A stretch of DNA of 64,000 bases from an uncultured Actinomycetes bacterium. GTDB taxonomy: Bacteria > Actinomycetota > Thermoleophilia > Gaiellales > Gaiellaceae. Below, in pieces: positions 45,712 through 54,469 of this stretch. Position numbers and translations under genes: made by a program. Position 1 is the stretch's first letter, and the number at the start of each line of letters is the position of its first letter. The notes under the pieces were generated by a model, which saw only the letters and a program-made list of their open reading frames with translations, was not told the DNA's origin and did not search any database. Where the stretch lies: assembly GCA_963821495.1 (NCBI GenBank), contig CAWGEA010000001.1:323487-387486 (forward strand). The letters run 5' to 3'.

Positions 45712-45966
45712 CTAGCTCCGCCGGTTCTTCGCGAGCCAGGCGTCGAGCTCCGTGCGGCTGAAGAACAGCCGCCCCTCGACCTTGCTGTGCGGGATCTGGT
45801 GCAGGTGCTGGCGTAGCCAGCGGATCGAGACGCGCATGTACTCGGCTGCCTCGGCCGTGTTCATCCAGGGCGAGCCGTTCGAGAGCTGCAGGCGCTCAGC
45901 GAGCGCCGTCGCGAGCGCGTCGAGGTCGGTGCGCGAGTTGTGCTGGGGCTGAGTCTGCTGGTGCAA
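45712..45966 (-). CDS. helix-turn-helix DNA-binding protein, excisionase (HTH_17/MerR-like) family
   Basis: C-terminal 50 aa (MNTAEAAEYMRVSIRWLRQHLHQIPHSKVEGRLFFSRTELDAWL) matches the excisionase-type HTH pattern. TTG start follows AAGGAGG with a 9-nt spacer. Confidence 0.75.
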   Translation of the reverse strand: MHQQTQPQHNSRTDLDALATALAERLQLSNGSPWMNTAEAAEYMRVSIRWLRQHLHQIPHSKVEGRLFFSRTELDAWLAKNRRS

Positions 45967-46014
45967 CGGAAATCGCCTCCTTCGTTCGCCTGCGCAGCCG
46001 CGGCGCGGCTGCGC

Positions 46015-46419
46015 CTACCAGGCGGCGAGAGGCGGAGCGCGGCCGGCGTGCCGGGATGCGAGCGCGGCCGGCCGGAGCTGCGAGGAGGCGATCGAGAAGC
46101 TGCGGCTCGCGAGCGGCAGCTGCATCACGTCCGCCGAGCGGCGGGCGAGCGCGAGCCCGAGCTCGTCGGCGGCGCGCAGCAGCGACCGGATCAGCCAGAG
46201 CGCGATCAGGCCGCACGGCACCTGCAGGGCGAGCCCGGCCAGGAGCGACGGCTCGGCGGCGATCAGCGAGCCGAGGTCGCCGTCCTGCGCCAGCCGCTCG
46301 AGGTGCTCGTGGAGGAGCACGGCGGCCGCGGGGATCCAGACGAGTGGCGACCTCACGATTCCATGGTGCCAGACTGCGCCGAATCGCATGATCGTGCCGC
46401 GTATTGCCGCGAGCTTCAC
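46015..46419 (-). CDS. hypothetical membrane protein
   Basis: High GC3 and two or three hydrophobic segments. GTG start overlaps the NlpC/P60 stop (GTGA). No family recognised. Confidence 0.45.
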   Translation of the reverse strand: MKLAAIRGTIMRFGAVWHHGIVRSPLVWIPAAAVLLHEHLERLAQDGDLGSLIAAEPSLLAGLALQVPCGLIALWLIRSLLRAADELGLALARRSADVMQLPLASRSFSIASSQLRPAALASRHAGRAPPLAAW

Positions 46420-47417
46420 GTGAAGGGCCTGACGGCCCCGACGAAGCCGAAGGCGTAGCCGGGCTCGGAGAGCGACGAGATCTTCACCACGTCGCCGGTG
46501 TGCGGCGCCTGGATGAACTTCCCGCCCCCGATGTACATGCCCTCGTGCTGCGGGCCGCGCGAGCTCGGCTCGAAGAAGACGAGGTCGCCCGGCTGCAGGG
46601 CCCAGCGCGGCACGCGCACACCCTCGTAGAACTGCGAGCCCGTGTAATGCGTGAGCTGGATCCCGAGCTGCGCGTAGACGTACATCGTCAGACCGGAGCA
46701 GTCGAAGCCGGTCAGCGGGTCGGCACCGCCCCAGAGGTACGGGATGCCGAGGTACTGCATCGCGATCTGCACCGCCTGCGCGCCGACCGTCCCGTTCGTG
46801 GGCAGGCCGAGGAGCTGCGCCTCCGGGAGCGTGAGATCGCTGTTGCCCGTGTCGGCCCCGTGGCCGCTGACCCCCAGCGCGAGCCAGGAGAGGCGCGCGG
46901 CTCGATGGTGCGGTTGCGGCGGCAGCGCGGCGCGCGCGAGCCCGACGAGCAGCTGCGAGCCCGTGTCGATCCCGAGCGAAGCGTCTCCGGCGACGACGCG
47001 CAGGCCGACGACCCCGCTGCCCTCGCCCGGCACGACGGCCTCCTGCAGCACGACGAGGTAGCTCGCCGGCCCGAGCGGGACGAGCGTGTTCGGCCTGGCC
47101 GTGACGGCCTTGCCGTTCACGGTCAGCCCGCGGACGACGGCGCCGGCGAGCCCGTGCGCGGGAACGAAGATGCGCTCGGCGTAGACGACGCCGCCCGCGA
47201 TCGAGACGCCGCGCAGCGAGACCCCGCGCGCGCTCCGCGACGAGGCGTCGAAGCGCAGCGTCCAGCCGCCGTCCTGCATGGACGCGAACGACCCCTGCTG
47301 AGCGGCTGCGACGAGGTGCCCCTGGGCGTCGCGGATCTCGGCGATCCCGGCGAGCGCGCTCGGGCTGAACGCGAGCAGGAAGGCCGTCGCGAGCAGGCCG
47401 GGAAGAAGCCGACGCAC
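46416..47417 (-). CDS. secreted C40 (NlpC/P60) peptidoglycan endopeptidase
   Basis: Signal peptide after GTG 47417 (RRLLPGLLATAFLLAFSPSALA). C-terminal catalytic core: GIPYLWGGADPLTGFDCSGLTMYVY...GDLVFF...HEGMYIGGGKFIQAPHTG. Confidence 0.85.
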   Translation of the reverse strand: MRRLLPGLLATAFLLAFSPSALAGIAEIRDAQGHLVAAAQQGSFASMQDGGWTLRFDASSRSARGVSLRGVSIAGGVVYAERIFVPAHGLAGAVVRGLTVNGKAVTARPNTLVPLGPASYLVVLQEAVVPGEGSGVVGLRVVAGDASLGIDTGSQLLVGLARAALPPQPHHRAARLSWLALGVSGHGADTGNSDLTLPEAQLLGLPTNGTVGAQAVQIAMQYLGIPYLWGGADPLTGFDCSGLTMYVYAQLGIQLTHYTGSQFYEGVRVPRWALQPGDLVFFEPSSRGPQHEGMYIGGGKFIQAPHTGDVVKISSLSEPGYAFGFVGAVRPFT

Positions 47418-47466
47418 GCGGCGGATGGTTGCACAGCGGCAGGCGTGCCGCGCAGAACCGCCGACG

Positions 47467-47487
47467 TGAGAATGAGAAGCGTTTGCA
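47467..47487. promoter_or_regulatory. candidate Zur/Fur operator in AT-rich patch upstream of zur
   Basis: TGAGAATGAGAAGCGTTTGCA lies 14 nt upstream of GTG 47501. It partly resembles actinobacterial Zur boxes (TGAAAATGATTTTCA-like) but is an imperfect palindrome. Confidence 0.3.
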
Positions 47488-47500
47488 GTAAGCTCGCCGC

Positions 47501-47863
47501 GTGGCCAGGAGGAATACACGTCAGCGGAAGCTGCTCGCCGAGCTCGTCGAGTCGCGGCACCGCGCCTTCACGGCGGAGGATTTGTGGAGCGACGCCCGCG
47601 CTTCCGCGCCGGTCAGCCTCGCGACCGTCTACCGCACGCTCGCGCTGCTTGAGGCCGACGAGCGGGTGCGGCGGCTCGACCGTGGCCGCTTCATCGCCTG
47701 CGAGCCGGGTCACCACCACCATCTGGTCTGCGTTTCCTGCGGCTCCGTCGAGGAGACGGAGCTGTGCGCCGCGCCTCCGGTCACCGAAGTGCATAAGCGC
47801 CACGGGTTCGTCGTCCAGCGGCACGACGCAGACCTGTACGGCGTCTGCGAGCGCTGTTCGTGA
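47501..47863 (+). CDS. zur: Fur-family transcriptional regulator, probably Zur
   Basis: RNTRQRKLLAELV, SLATVYRTL, HHHHLVCVSCG and the C-terminal CERC. GTGA overlap with the ZIP transporter gene. Confidence 0.85.
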   Translation: MARRNTRQRKLLAELVESRHRAFTAEDLWSDARASAPVSLATVYRTLALLEADERVRRLDRGRFIACEPGHHHHLVCVSCGSVEETELCAAPPVTEVHKRHGFVVQRHDADLYGVCERCS

Positions 47864-48579
47864 CCTGGATCGCGATCCCGCTCTCGCTGTGCACGGTGCT
47901 CTCGACGCTGGTGGGCGGACTGACCGCGCTGCGGCTGCGGGCGCACCTCGAGACGGTGCTCGCGCTCAGCGGCGGCGTGGTCGTCGCGGTCGCGCTCTTC
48001 GACGTCCTGCCCGAGGCGATCGACGGGATCGACGACTCGCGGCGCGTGACGTCCCTCGTCGCGGCCGGCTTCCTGCTCTTCTTCTTCTTCCAGCGCGCGC
48101 TCGTCCTTCACCACCGAGACGACCCCGACGAGGCGCGGGCGCACCACCGCGTCGGCGCGTTCGGCGCCGCGGCGCTCTCGGTGCACAGCTTCATCGACGG
48201 CCTCGGCATCGGCCTCGCGTTCGGCGTCGACACGCTGACGGGGGTGCTCGTCTTCGTCGCGGTGATCAGCCACGACTTCGCCGACGGCGTGAACACGGTC
48301 ACCTTCGTCCTTCGCCAGCGCGGCTCGCGCACGCAGGCGCTGCGCTGGCTCGCCGCCGACGCGGCCGCGCCCTTCTTCGGGGCCGTCGTCGGCAGCGTGC
48401 TCTCGATCTCCCAGACGGGCCTCGCGTACGTCCTCGCGGTCTACGCCGGCTTCTTCCTCTACGTCGGCGCGTCCGACCTGCTGCCCGCGGCGCACGCGCG
48501 CACCTCGCCGCTGCGGATCGCGCTGACGCTCACCGGGTTCGCGCTGACCTACGCGATCGTGACCCTCGCCTCTCAGTAA
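47860..48579 (+). CDS. ZIP-family divalent metal transporter (ZupT-like)
   Basis: 8 TM pattern, HSFIDGLGIG and ISHDFADG motifs. Confidence 0.88.
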   Translation: MTWIAIPLSLCTVLSTLVGGLTALRLRAHLETVLALSGGVVVAVALFDVLPEAIDGIDDSRRVTSLVAAGFLLFFFFQRALVLHHRDDPDEARAHHRVGAFGAAALSVHSFIDGLGIGLAFGVDTLTGVLVFVAVISHDFADGVNTVTFVLRQRGSRTQALRWLAADAAAPFFGAVVGSVLSISQTGLAYVLAVYAGFFLYVGASDLLPAAHARTSPLRIALTLTGFALTYAIVTLASQ

Positions 48580-48589
48580 TGTTGGCCCC

Positions 48590-50272
48590 GTGATCGCGAA
48601 GCACGACGTGCTCGTCCTCGGCGCCGGGCTCGCAGGCATGCGGGCGGCGATCGCGGCCCACGACACCGGTGCCGACGTCGCGCTCCTCTCGAAGCTGCAC
48701 CCGACCCGCAGCCACTCCGGCGCGGCGGAAGGCGGCATCAACGCCGCGCTCGGGAACTCGGCCGAGGACTCGCCCGAGTCGCACGCCTTCGACACGATCA
48801 AGGGCTCCGACTACCTGGGCGACCAGGACGCGATCGAGGTCTTCACCGCGGAGGCGCCGGGCGACATCTACGAGCTCGAGCGCTGGGGCTGCATCTTCTC
48901 GCGGGACGAGAACGGGCGGATCGCCCAGCGGCCCTTCGGCGCGGCCGCCAGCCCGCGCGCGATCTACGCGGCCGACATCACCGGCCACGTGCTGTTGCAC
49001 GTCTGCTACGAGCAGCTGCTGAAGCGCGACCTGCGCGTCTACGAGGAGTTCTACGCCTGGAAGCTGGTCGTCGACGACGGCCGCTGCCAGGGCGTGATCG
49101 CCTGGGACCTCCTCAACGGCGGTCTGCACTCGGTCGGCGCGAAGACGGTGATCCTCGCGACCGGCGGCTCCGGGCGGCTCTACGCGGGCACGACGAACGC
49201 GTGGGCGTGCACAGGCGACGGCTCGGCGATGGCGCTCCACGCGGGAGTGCCGCTGAAGGACGCCGAGTTCATGCAGTTCCACCCGACGACGCTCTACCCG
49301 ACGGGGATTCTGATCACCGAGGGCTGCCGCGGCGAGGGCGGCACGCTGCTGAACTCCGAGGACGAGCGCTTCATGGCGCGCTACGCGCCGAACGCGATGG
49401 AGCTCGCGAGCCGCGACGTCGTCTCGCGCTCCGAGCAGACCGAGATCGACGAGGGGCGCGGCGTGAACGGCAGCGTGCTGCTCGACCTGCGCCACCTCGG
49501 CGCGGAGAAGATCATCGAGCGGTTGCCCGGGACGCGCGAGGTCTCGCTGACGTACCTCGGCGTCGACCCGATCCGCGACCCGATCCCGGTGCGGCCGGGG
49601 GCCCACTACCACATGGGCGGGGTCGACACCGACATGGACGGCCGCACCGAGCTCGAAGGCCTCTATGCTGCGGGCGAGGCGGCCTGCGTCTCCGTCCACG
49701 GCTCGAACCGCCTCGGCGGCAACTCGCTGATGGAGACGATCACCTTCGGCCGCCGCTCCGGGTACGCGGCCGCGGACTGGGCGCTCCAGCACACGACGGT
49801 CGAAGTTCCGAGCTCGGTCGAGGTCGACGCCGAGCGCGAGCTGAAAGAGCTGCTCGACCGCACCGAGGGCGAGCGGCCGTGGTCGATGCGCAACGAGCTC
49901 GCCGAGTCGATGCACCGCAACTTCGGCCTCTTCCGGAACGAGCAGCGCATGCTCGAGCAGCGAGAGGTGATCGCCGGCCTGCGCGCGCGCTACCGCTCCG
50001 TGCTGATCGAGGACAAGGGCCGCGTCTTCAACAACGACCTCACGCAGGCGCTCGAGCTCGGCTCGCTGCTCGACCTCGCCGCCTGCATGCTCGAGGCCGG
50101 CGTCGCCCGCAAGGAGAGCCGCGGCGCCCACTCGCGGCCCCAGGACTACCCCGACCGCGACGACGAGAACTTCCTCAGGCACTCGATCGTCCGCTGGCGT
50201 GACGGTGGCCCCGAGCTCGGCTGGAAGCCGGTCACGATCACCAGGTGGCAGCCGGCCGAACGTACGTACTAA
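48590..50272 (+). CDS. succinate dehydrogenase/fumarate reductase-type flavoprotein subunit (SdhA/FrdA-like)
   Basis: VLVLGAGLAGMRAA, RSHSGAAEGGI (His for covalent FAD), FHPT, GCRGEGG, HYHMGG and SNRLGGNSL. Confidence 0.9.
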   Translation: MIAKHDVLVLGAGLAGMRAAIAAHDTGADVALLSKLHPTRSHSGAAEGGINAALGNSAEDSPESHAFDTIKGSDYLGDQDAIEVFTAEAPGDIYELERWGCIFSRDENGRIAQRPFGAAASPRAIYAADITGHVLLHVCYEQLLKRDLRVYEEFYAWKLVVDDGRCQGVIAWDLLNGGLHSVGAKTVILATGGSGRLYAGTTNAWACTGDGSAMALHAGVPLKDAEFMQFHPTTLYPTGILITEGCRGEGGTLLNSEDERFMARYAPNAMELASRDVVSRSEQTEIDEGRGVNGSVLLDLRHLGAEKIIERLPGTREVSLTYLGVDPIRDPIPVRPGAHYHMGGVDTDMDGRTELEGLYAAGEAACVSVHGSNRLGGNSLMETITFGRRSGYAAADWALQHTTVEVPSSVEVDAERELKELLDRTEGERPWSMRNELAESMHRNFGLFRNEQRMLEQREVIAGLRARYRSVLIEDKGRVFNNDLTQALELGSLLDLAACMLEAGVARKESRGAHSRPQDYPDRDDENFLRHSIVRWRDGGPELGWKPVTITRWQPAERTY

Positions 50273-50361
50273 GCCGCAGCAAGATCAGGAACTCGCCGGA
50301 TTCCGCTCGCCCGAGCGCGCGTGACGATCCGCCGCATCAGCCCGAGAAGGAGGGGAGAGCC

Positions 50362-51648
50362 GTGCCCGAGACCCTGACGATCACCGACAACCGCAGCGGC
50401 CGCTCGTTCGAGGCGCCGGTCGAGGACGGCGCGATCCGTGCAACCGCGCTCAAGGAAGCCGGCCTGATGACCTACGACCCGGCGTTCCTGAACACGGCGT
50501 CGGTGCGCAGCGAGATCACGTTCATCGACGGCGACGCGGGGATCCTGCGCTACCGCGGGTACCCGATCGAGCAACTGGCGGAGAAGAGCACCTACCTCGA
50601 GACCGCGTACCTGCTGATCCACGGCGAGCTGCCGGACAACGGCGAGCTCGCGCGGTGGTCGCACGAGATCACCCACCACACGTTCCTGCACGAGAACATG
50701 AAGACGCTGATGCAGGGCTTCCGCTACGACGCGCACCCGATGGGGATGCTCGTGAGCATGCTGGGCGCGCTCTCGACCTTCTACCCGGAGGCCTCGCAGG
50801 TCGACGAGCCCGAGATCCGGATGCAGCAGGTCGTGCGCCTGATCGCCAAAGTGCCGACGATCGCCGCCTGGTCGTACCGGCACAACTGCGGGCTGCCGTA
50901 CGTCTACCCCGACAACGACCTCGGCTTCACCGCGAACTTCCTCTCGCTGATGTTCCGCATCGCCGAGCCGCACTACCACGCCGAGCCAGCGCTGGAGCAC
51001 GCGCTCGAGGTGCTATTCATCCTCCACGCCGACCACGAGCAGAACTGCTCGGCAAACGCGATGCGCTCGATCGGGTCGAGCAAGGTCGACCCCTACAGCG
51101 CGATGGCGGGAGCGGCCGCGGCGCTCTACGGGCCGCTGCACGGCGGCGCCAACGAGGCCGTGCTGAAGATGCTCGCCGAGATCGGCACGGTCGACCGGAT
51201 CCCGGACTTCGTCGACGAGGTCAAGGCGGGCCACCGCCGGCTGATGGGCTTCGGCCACCGCGTCTACAAGAACTACGACCCACGCGCGAAGATCATCAAG
51301 CAGGTCGCCGACGAGGTGTTCGAGGTGACGGGCCGCAACCCGCTGCTCGACATCGCGCTCGAGCTCGAGGAGATCGCGCTCGAGGACGAGTACTTCGTCA
51401 GCCGCAAGCTTTACCCGAACGTCGACTTCTACTCGGGGATCATCTACCAGGCCCTCGGGCTGCCGGTGGCGATGTTCCCGGTGATGTTCGCCATCCCGCG
51501 CACCTCCGGCTGGCTCGCCCAGTGGCTGGAGGGGGTGCAGGATCCAGAGCAGAAGATCGCACGGCCGCGCCAGCTGTACGTCGGCGCGGAAGAGCGGGAG
51601 TACGTGCCGATCGACGATCGGCAGCCGGCAGTCGCTTCCGCGGGCTGA
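50362..51648 (+). CDS. gltA: citrate synthase (type II)
   Basis: LRYRGYPIEQL, ILHADHEQNCS, GPLHGGANE, GFGHRVYK and NVDFYSG. GTG at 50362 follows AAGGAGG. Confidence 0.93.
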   Translation: MPETLTITDNRSGRSFEAPVEDGAIRATALKEAGLMTYDPAFLNTASVRSEITFIDGDAGILRYRGYPIEQLAEKSTYLETAYLLIHGELPDNGELARWSHEITHHTFLHENMKTLMQGFRYDAHPMGMLVSMLGALSTFYPEASQVDEPEIRMQQVVRLIAKVPTIAAWSYRHNCGLPYVYPDNDLGFTANFLSLMFRIAEPHYHAEPALEHALEVLFILHADHEQNCSANAMRSIGSSKVDPYSAMAGAAAALYGPLHGGANEAVLKMLAEIGTVDRIPDFVDEVKAGHRRLMGFGHRVYKNYDPRAKIIKQVADEVFEVTGRNPLLDIALELEEIALEDEYFVSRKLYPNVDFYSGIIYQALGLPVAMFPVMFAIPRTSGWLAQWLEGVQDPEQKIARPRQLYVGAEEREYVPIDDRQPAVASAG

Positions 51649-51656
51649 ATCCTGGG

Positions 51657-52376
51657 CTACGGGTGGGCGGCCGGCACCCAGTGCGGGCCGCCCCAGCTCA
51701 GGTCGTACGGGTAGTGGTGGATCACGTGGGCCCAGATCGTCCACGCGATCCAGCGTGAGGTGCCGTAGAAGAACGCCGCGCGGTAGGCGACGAGCAGCGC
51801 GCCGCGGGGGACGACCCGGTTGAGCCAGGGCCAGAATGCGTCGGCCCGGTAGATGCAGTTGTCGAAGTAGTGCCTCGTCAGGACGCGCCAGCTGATCAGC
51901 CCGTAGACGATCCAGACGAGGTCCCACATGCTGCCGAGCCCGCTGAAGTAGGCGGCCGCGTCGGTTGTGCGGCCGGTCTGTCCGGCGTACGCCCACGCGT
52001 CGAGGTGGAAGTGGAACGTCCACGGAAAGAGCAACATCGTCCCGACCGTGTCGCCGGTATCGGTGAGCACGTGGGCGGCCTCGCCGAGCATGAAGCTCAC
52101 CGCCCAGAGCCTGCTGCCGAAGACCTTCCAGAGAATCAGTGCGATCACTGCGCCGTAGAGCAGCGAATGCGTGAAGCCGAAGCCGGGCCAGCCCCGGTGG
52201 AACTGCGCCGGGTCGCTCGCCTTCAGCTCCCAGGGGCCGAGCCGGATCCCGTACACGAACCACTTCGTGAGCATGTCGGGCGCATACGAGCCGATCAGGA
52301 GCGGCACGAACGCGACCTTGAGGCCGAGGTGGCGCTGGATGGCGTAGGGCTCGAGGTCGTGTGCCGCCCAGCTCAC
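51657..52376 (-). CDS. membrane-bound metal-dependent hydrolase (DUF457/YdjM-like)
   Basis: Polytopic, His-rich pattern (FTHSLLYG, EAAHVLTD). Family call is from memory. Confidence 0.7.
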   Translation of the reverse strand: MSWAAHDLEPYAIQRHLGLKVAFVPLLIGSYAPDMLTKWFVYGIRLGPWELKASDPAQFHRGWPGFGFTHSLLYGAVIALILWKVFGSRLWAVSFMLGEAAHVLTDTGDTVGTMLLFPWTFHFHLDAWAYAGQTGRTTDAAAYFSGLGSMWDLVWIVYGLISWRVLTRHYFDNCIYRADAFWPWLNRVVPRGALLVAYRAAFFYGTSRWIAWTIWAHVIHHYPYDLSWGGPHWVPAAHP

Positions 52377-52573
52377 CGGGCGAGCCGCCTGACCGCCGTG
52401 GGCACGAGCCAGGCCGTCAGCAGCAGGTACCCGAGCCCGACCCAGAAGGAGAGGAGGAAGTCGATCCAGGTAACGCCGATCGCCACGTAGATCGCTGCCG
52501 CGAGGCAGTAGCCGCCGAACACCGTCAGGTCACGGCGGGTGGGCCGGATGGAGCCGAGCTCGGGATCGGACAC
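52373..52573 (-). CDS. 66-aa small membrane protein
   Basis: Two hydrophobic helices. 4-nt overlap with the downstream hydrolase gene. Confidence 0.5.
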   Translation of the reverse strand: MSDPELGSIRPTRRDLTVFGGYCLAAAIYVAIGVTWIDFLLSFWVGLGYLLLTAWLVPTAVRRLAR

Positions 52574-52712
52574 GCGCCCGACTATGCCATGCCGCGAACG
52601 GCAGGCCCACCGGGTAGGTAATGGGATCCGAAACAGGCGATATCCTGGTCAAGAGAACAGAAATCGGCTAGATGGGATAGACTTCGGATCCGAAATCAGA
52701 AAGGATGGTCGC

Positions 52713-52901
52713 ATGAACCGCTTGCTCTCGAAGATCCGGCACAGCCAGAGGGACGGAACCGGGAACGGCAACGGCGTCAGCCACGTCCGCGTCGTCCACG
52801 GCCGCGCGTCGACCCCGCGCTCGGGCTACGTCCTCACCGCCGCGGAGACCGCTCCGTGCACCTGTCCGGACTTCTGCGAGCGGGATCACGACAACGAGTG
52901 A
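52713..52901 (+). CDS. 62-aa small protein with C-terminal CxCxxxC motif, coupled to aceB
   Basis: ATG at 52713 follows AGAAAGGA. High GC3 and C-terminus [16 protein letters not shown]. Its TGA overlaps the candidate aceB GTG (GTGA). Confidence 0.5.
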   Translation: MNRLLSKIRHSQRDGTGNGNGVSHVRVVHGRASTPRSGYVLTAAETAPCTCPDFCERDHDNE

Positions 52902-54469
52902 GCGCGGTGGCCGCAGCCGAGCTCCGCGGCGGTGCGCCGCGCATCGACGAGGTGCTGACGCCCGAGGCGGTCGCGTTCGTCGCCGGGCTCCAGGAGCGCT
53001 TCGGGCCACGCCGGCTCGAGCTGCTCGACGCCCGCGCGGCGCGGCGTGAGCGCATCGCGGCCGGGGAGCTGCCCTCGTTCCTGCCCGAGACGCGTGAGGT
53101 GCGCGAGGGTGCCTGGGCGATCGAGCCCGTGCCCCCGGGCCTGCTCGACCGGCGCGTGGAGATCACCGGTCCGACCGACCGCAAGATGGTGATCAACGCC
53201 CTCAACTCCGGCGCGCGCATGTTCATGGCCGACTTCGAGGACGCGAACGCGCCGACCTGGGCGAACATGGTCGAGGGGCAGGCGAACCTCACGGACGCAA
53301 TCGAGCGCACGATCGAGCTCGAGACGCCCGAGAAGACGTACCGGCTGGACGACGAGGTCGCGACCCTGCTCGTTCGACCGCGCGGGTGGCACCTGCCCGA
53401 GCGCCACCTCGAGGTCGGCGGCGAGCCGGTCTCCGCGAGCCTGTTCGACTTCGGGCTGTACGTCTTCCGCAACGCGCGGCGGCTGCTCGACCGCGGCGCG
53501 GGCCCCTGGCTCTACCTGCCGAAGCTCGAGAACCACCTCGAGGCGCGGCTCTGGAACGACGTCTTCACCCACGCCGAGGACGAGCTCGGGCTCGACCGCG
53601 GCGCGATCCGCGCGACGGTGCTGATCGAGCACGTGCTCGCGGCGTTCGAGATGGACGAGATCCTCTGGGAGCTGCGCGAGCACGCCGCCGGCCTCAACGC
53701 GGGCCGCTGGGACTACATGTTCAGCGTGATCAAGACCTTCCGCGAGCGGCCGGAGTTCGTCCTCCCCGACCGCAACGCGGTGACGATGACGGCGCCGTTC
53801 ATGCGCGCCTACACGGAGCTGCTCGTGCGCACCTGCCACCGGCGCGGCGCCCACGCGATGGGCGGGATGGCGGCGTTCATCCCCAGCCGCCGCGACGCCG
53901 AGCTGAACGAGCGCGCGCTCGCGAAGGTGCGCGAGGACAAGCAGCGCGAGGCGGGCGACGGCTTCGACGGCACCTGGGTCGCACACCCGGACCTCGTCCC
54001 GGTCGCGCTAGCGGAGTTCGACCGGCCCAACCAGCTCGACCGGCTCCGGGAGGAGGTCGAGGTCGAGGGCGCACAGCTGCTCGAGGTCGCCGCGACTCCC
54101 GGCGAGGTGACCGAGGAGGGGCTGCACAACGACGTCGCCGTCGCGCTCCGCTACCTCACGGCCTGGCTCGGCGGCACCGGGGCGGTCGCGATCTTCAACC
54201 TGATGGAGGACGCCGCGACCGCAGAGATCGCGCGCTCCCAGGTCTGGCAGTGGGTTCGGCACGGCCGCTTCGAGCGCGCGCAGGTCGAGCGCGTGGTCGA
54301 GGAGGAGCTCGAGCGGCTCCGGGCCGAGGTCGGCGACGAGATCTTCGAGCAGAGCCGCGTCCACGAGGCGCGCGAGCTCTTCCAGCAGGTCGCGCTCGGC
54401 GAGCGGTTCGCCGAGTTCCTGACCCTGCCTGCCTACGACTACCTGGAAAGGAACGACGATGGCCACTGA
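52898..54469 (+). CDS. aceB: malate synthase A
   Basis: [51 protein letters not shown] and FDGTWVAHP. Start is GTG 52898 or GTG 52907. Confidence 0.93.
   Translation: MSAVAAAELRGGAPRIDEVLTPEAVAFVAGLQERFGPRRLELLDARAARRERIAAGELPSFLPETREVREGAWAIEPVPPGLLDRRVEITGPTDRKMVINALNSGARMFMADFEDANAPTWANMVEGQANLTDAIERTIELETPEKTYRLDDEVATLLVRPRGWHLPERHLEVGGEPVSASLFDFGLYVFRNARRLLDRGAGPWLYLPKLENHLEARLWNDVFTHAEDELGLDRGAIRATVLIEHVLAAFEMDEILWELREHAAGLNAGRWDYMFSVIKTFRERPEFVLPDRNAVTMTAPFMRAYTELLVRTCHRRGAHAMGGMAAFIPSRRDAELNERALAKVREDKQREAGDGFDGTWVAHPDLVPVALAEFDRPNQLDRLREEVEVEGAQLLEVAATPGEVTEEGLHNDVAVALRYLTAWLGGTGAVAIFNLMEDAATAEIARSQVWQWVRHGRFERAQVERVVEEELERLRAEVGDEIFEQSRVHEARELFQQVALGERFAEFLTLPAYDYLERNDDGH

Noticed and set aside
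48530-50182. 550-aa minus-strand ORF
   Set aside because: It lies antisense to the SdhA-like gene, which carries unmistakable flavoprotein motifs. Its translation is a Val/Arg/Asp/Gly-rich mirror sequence.
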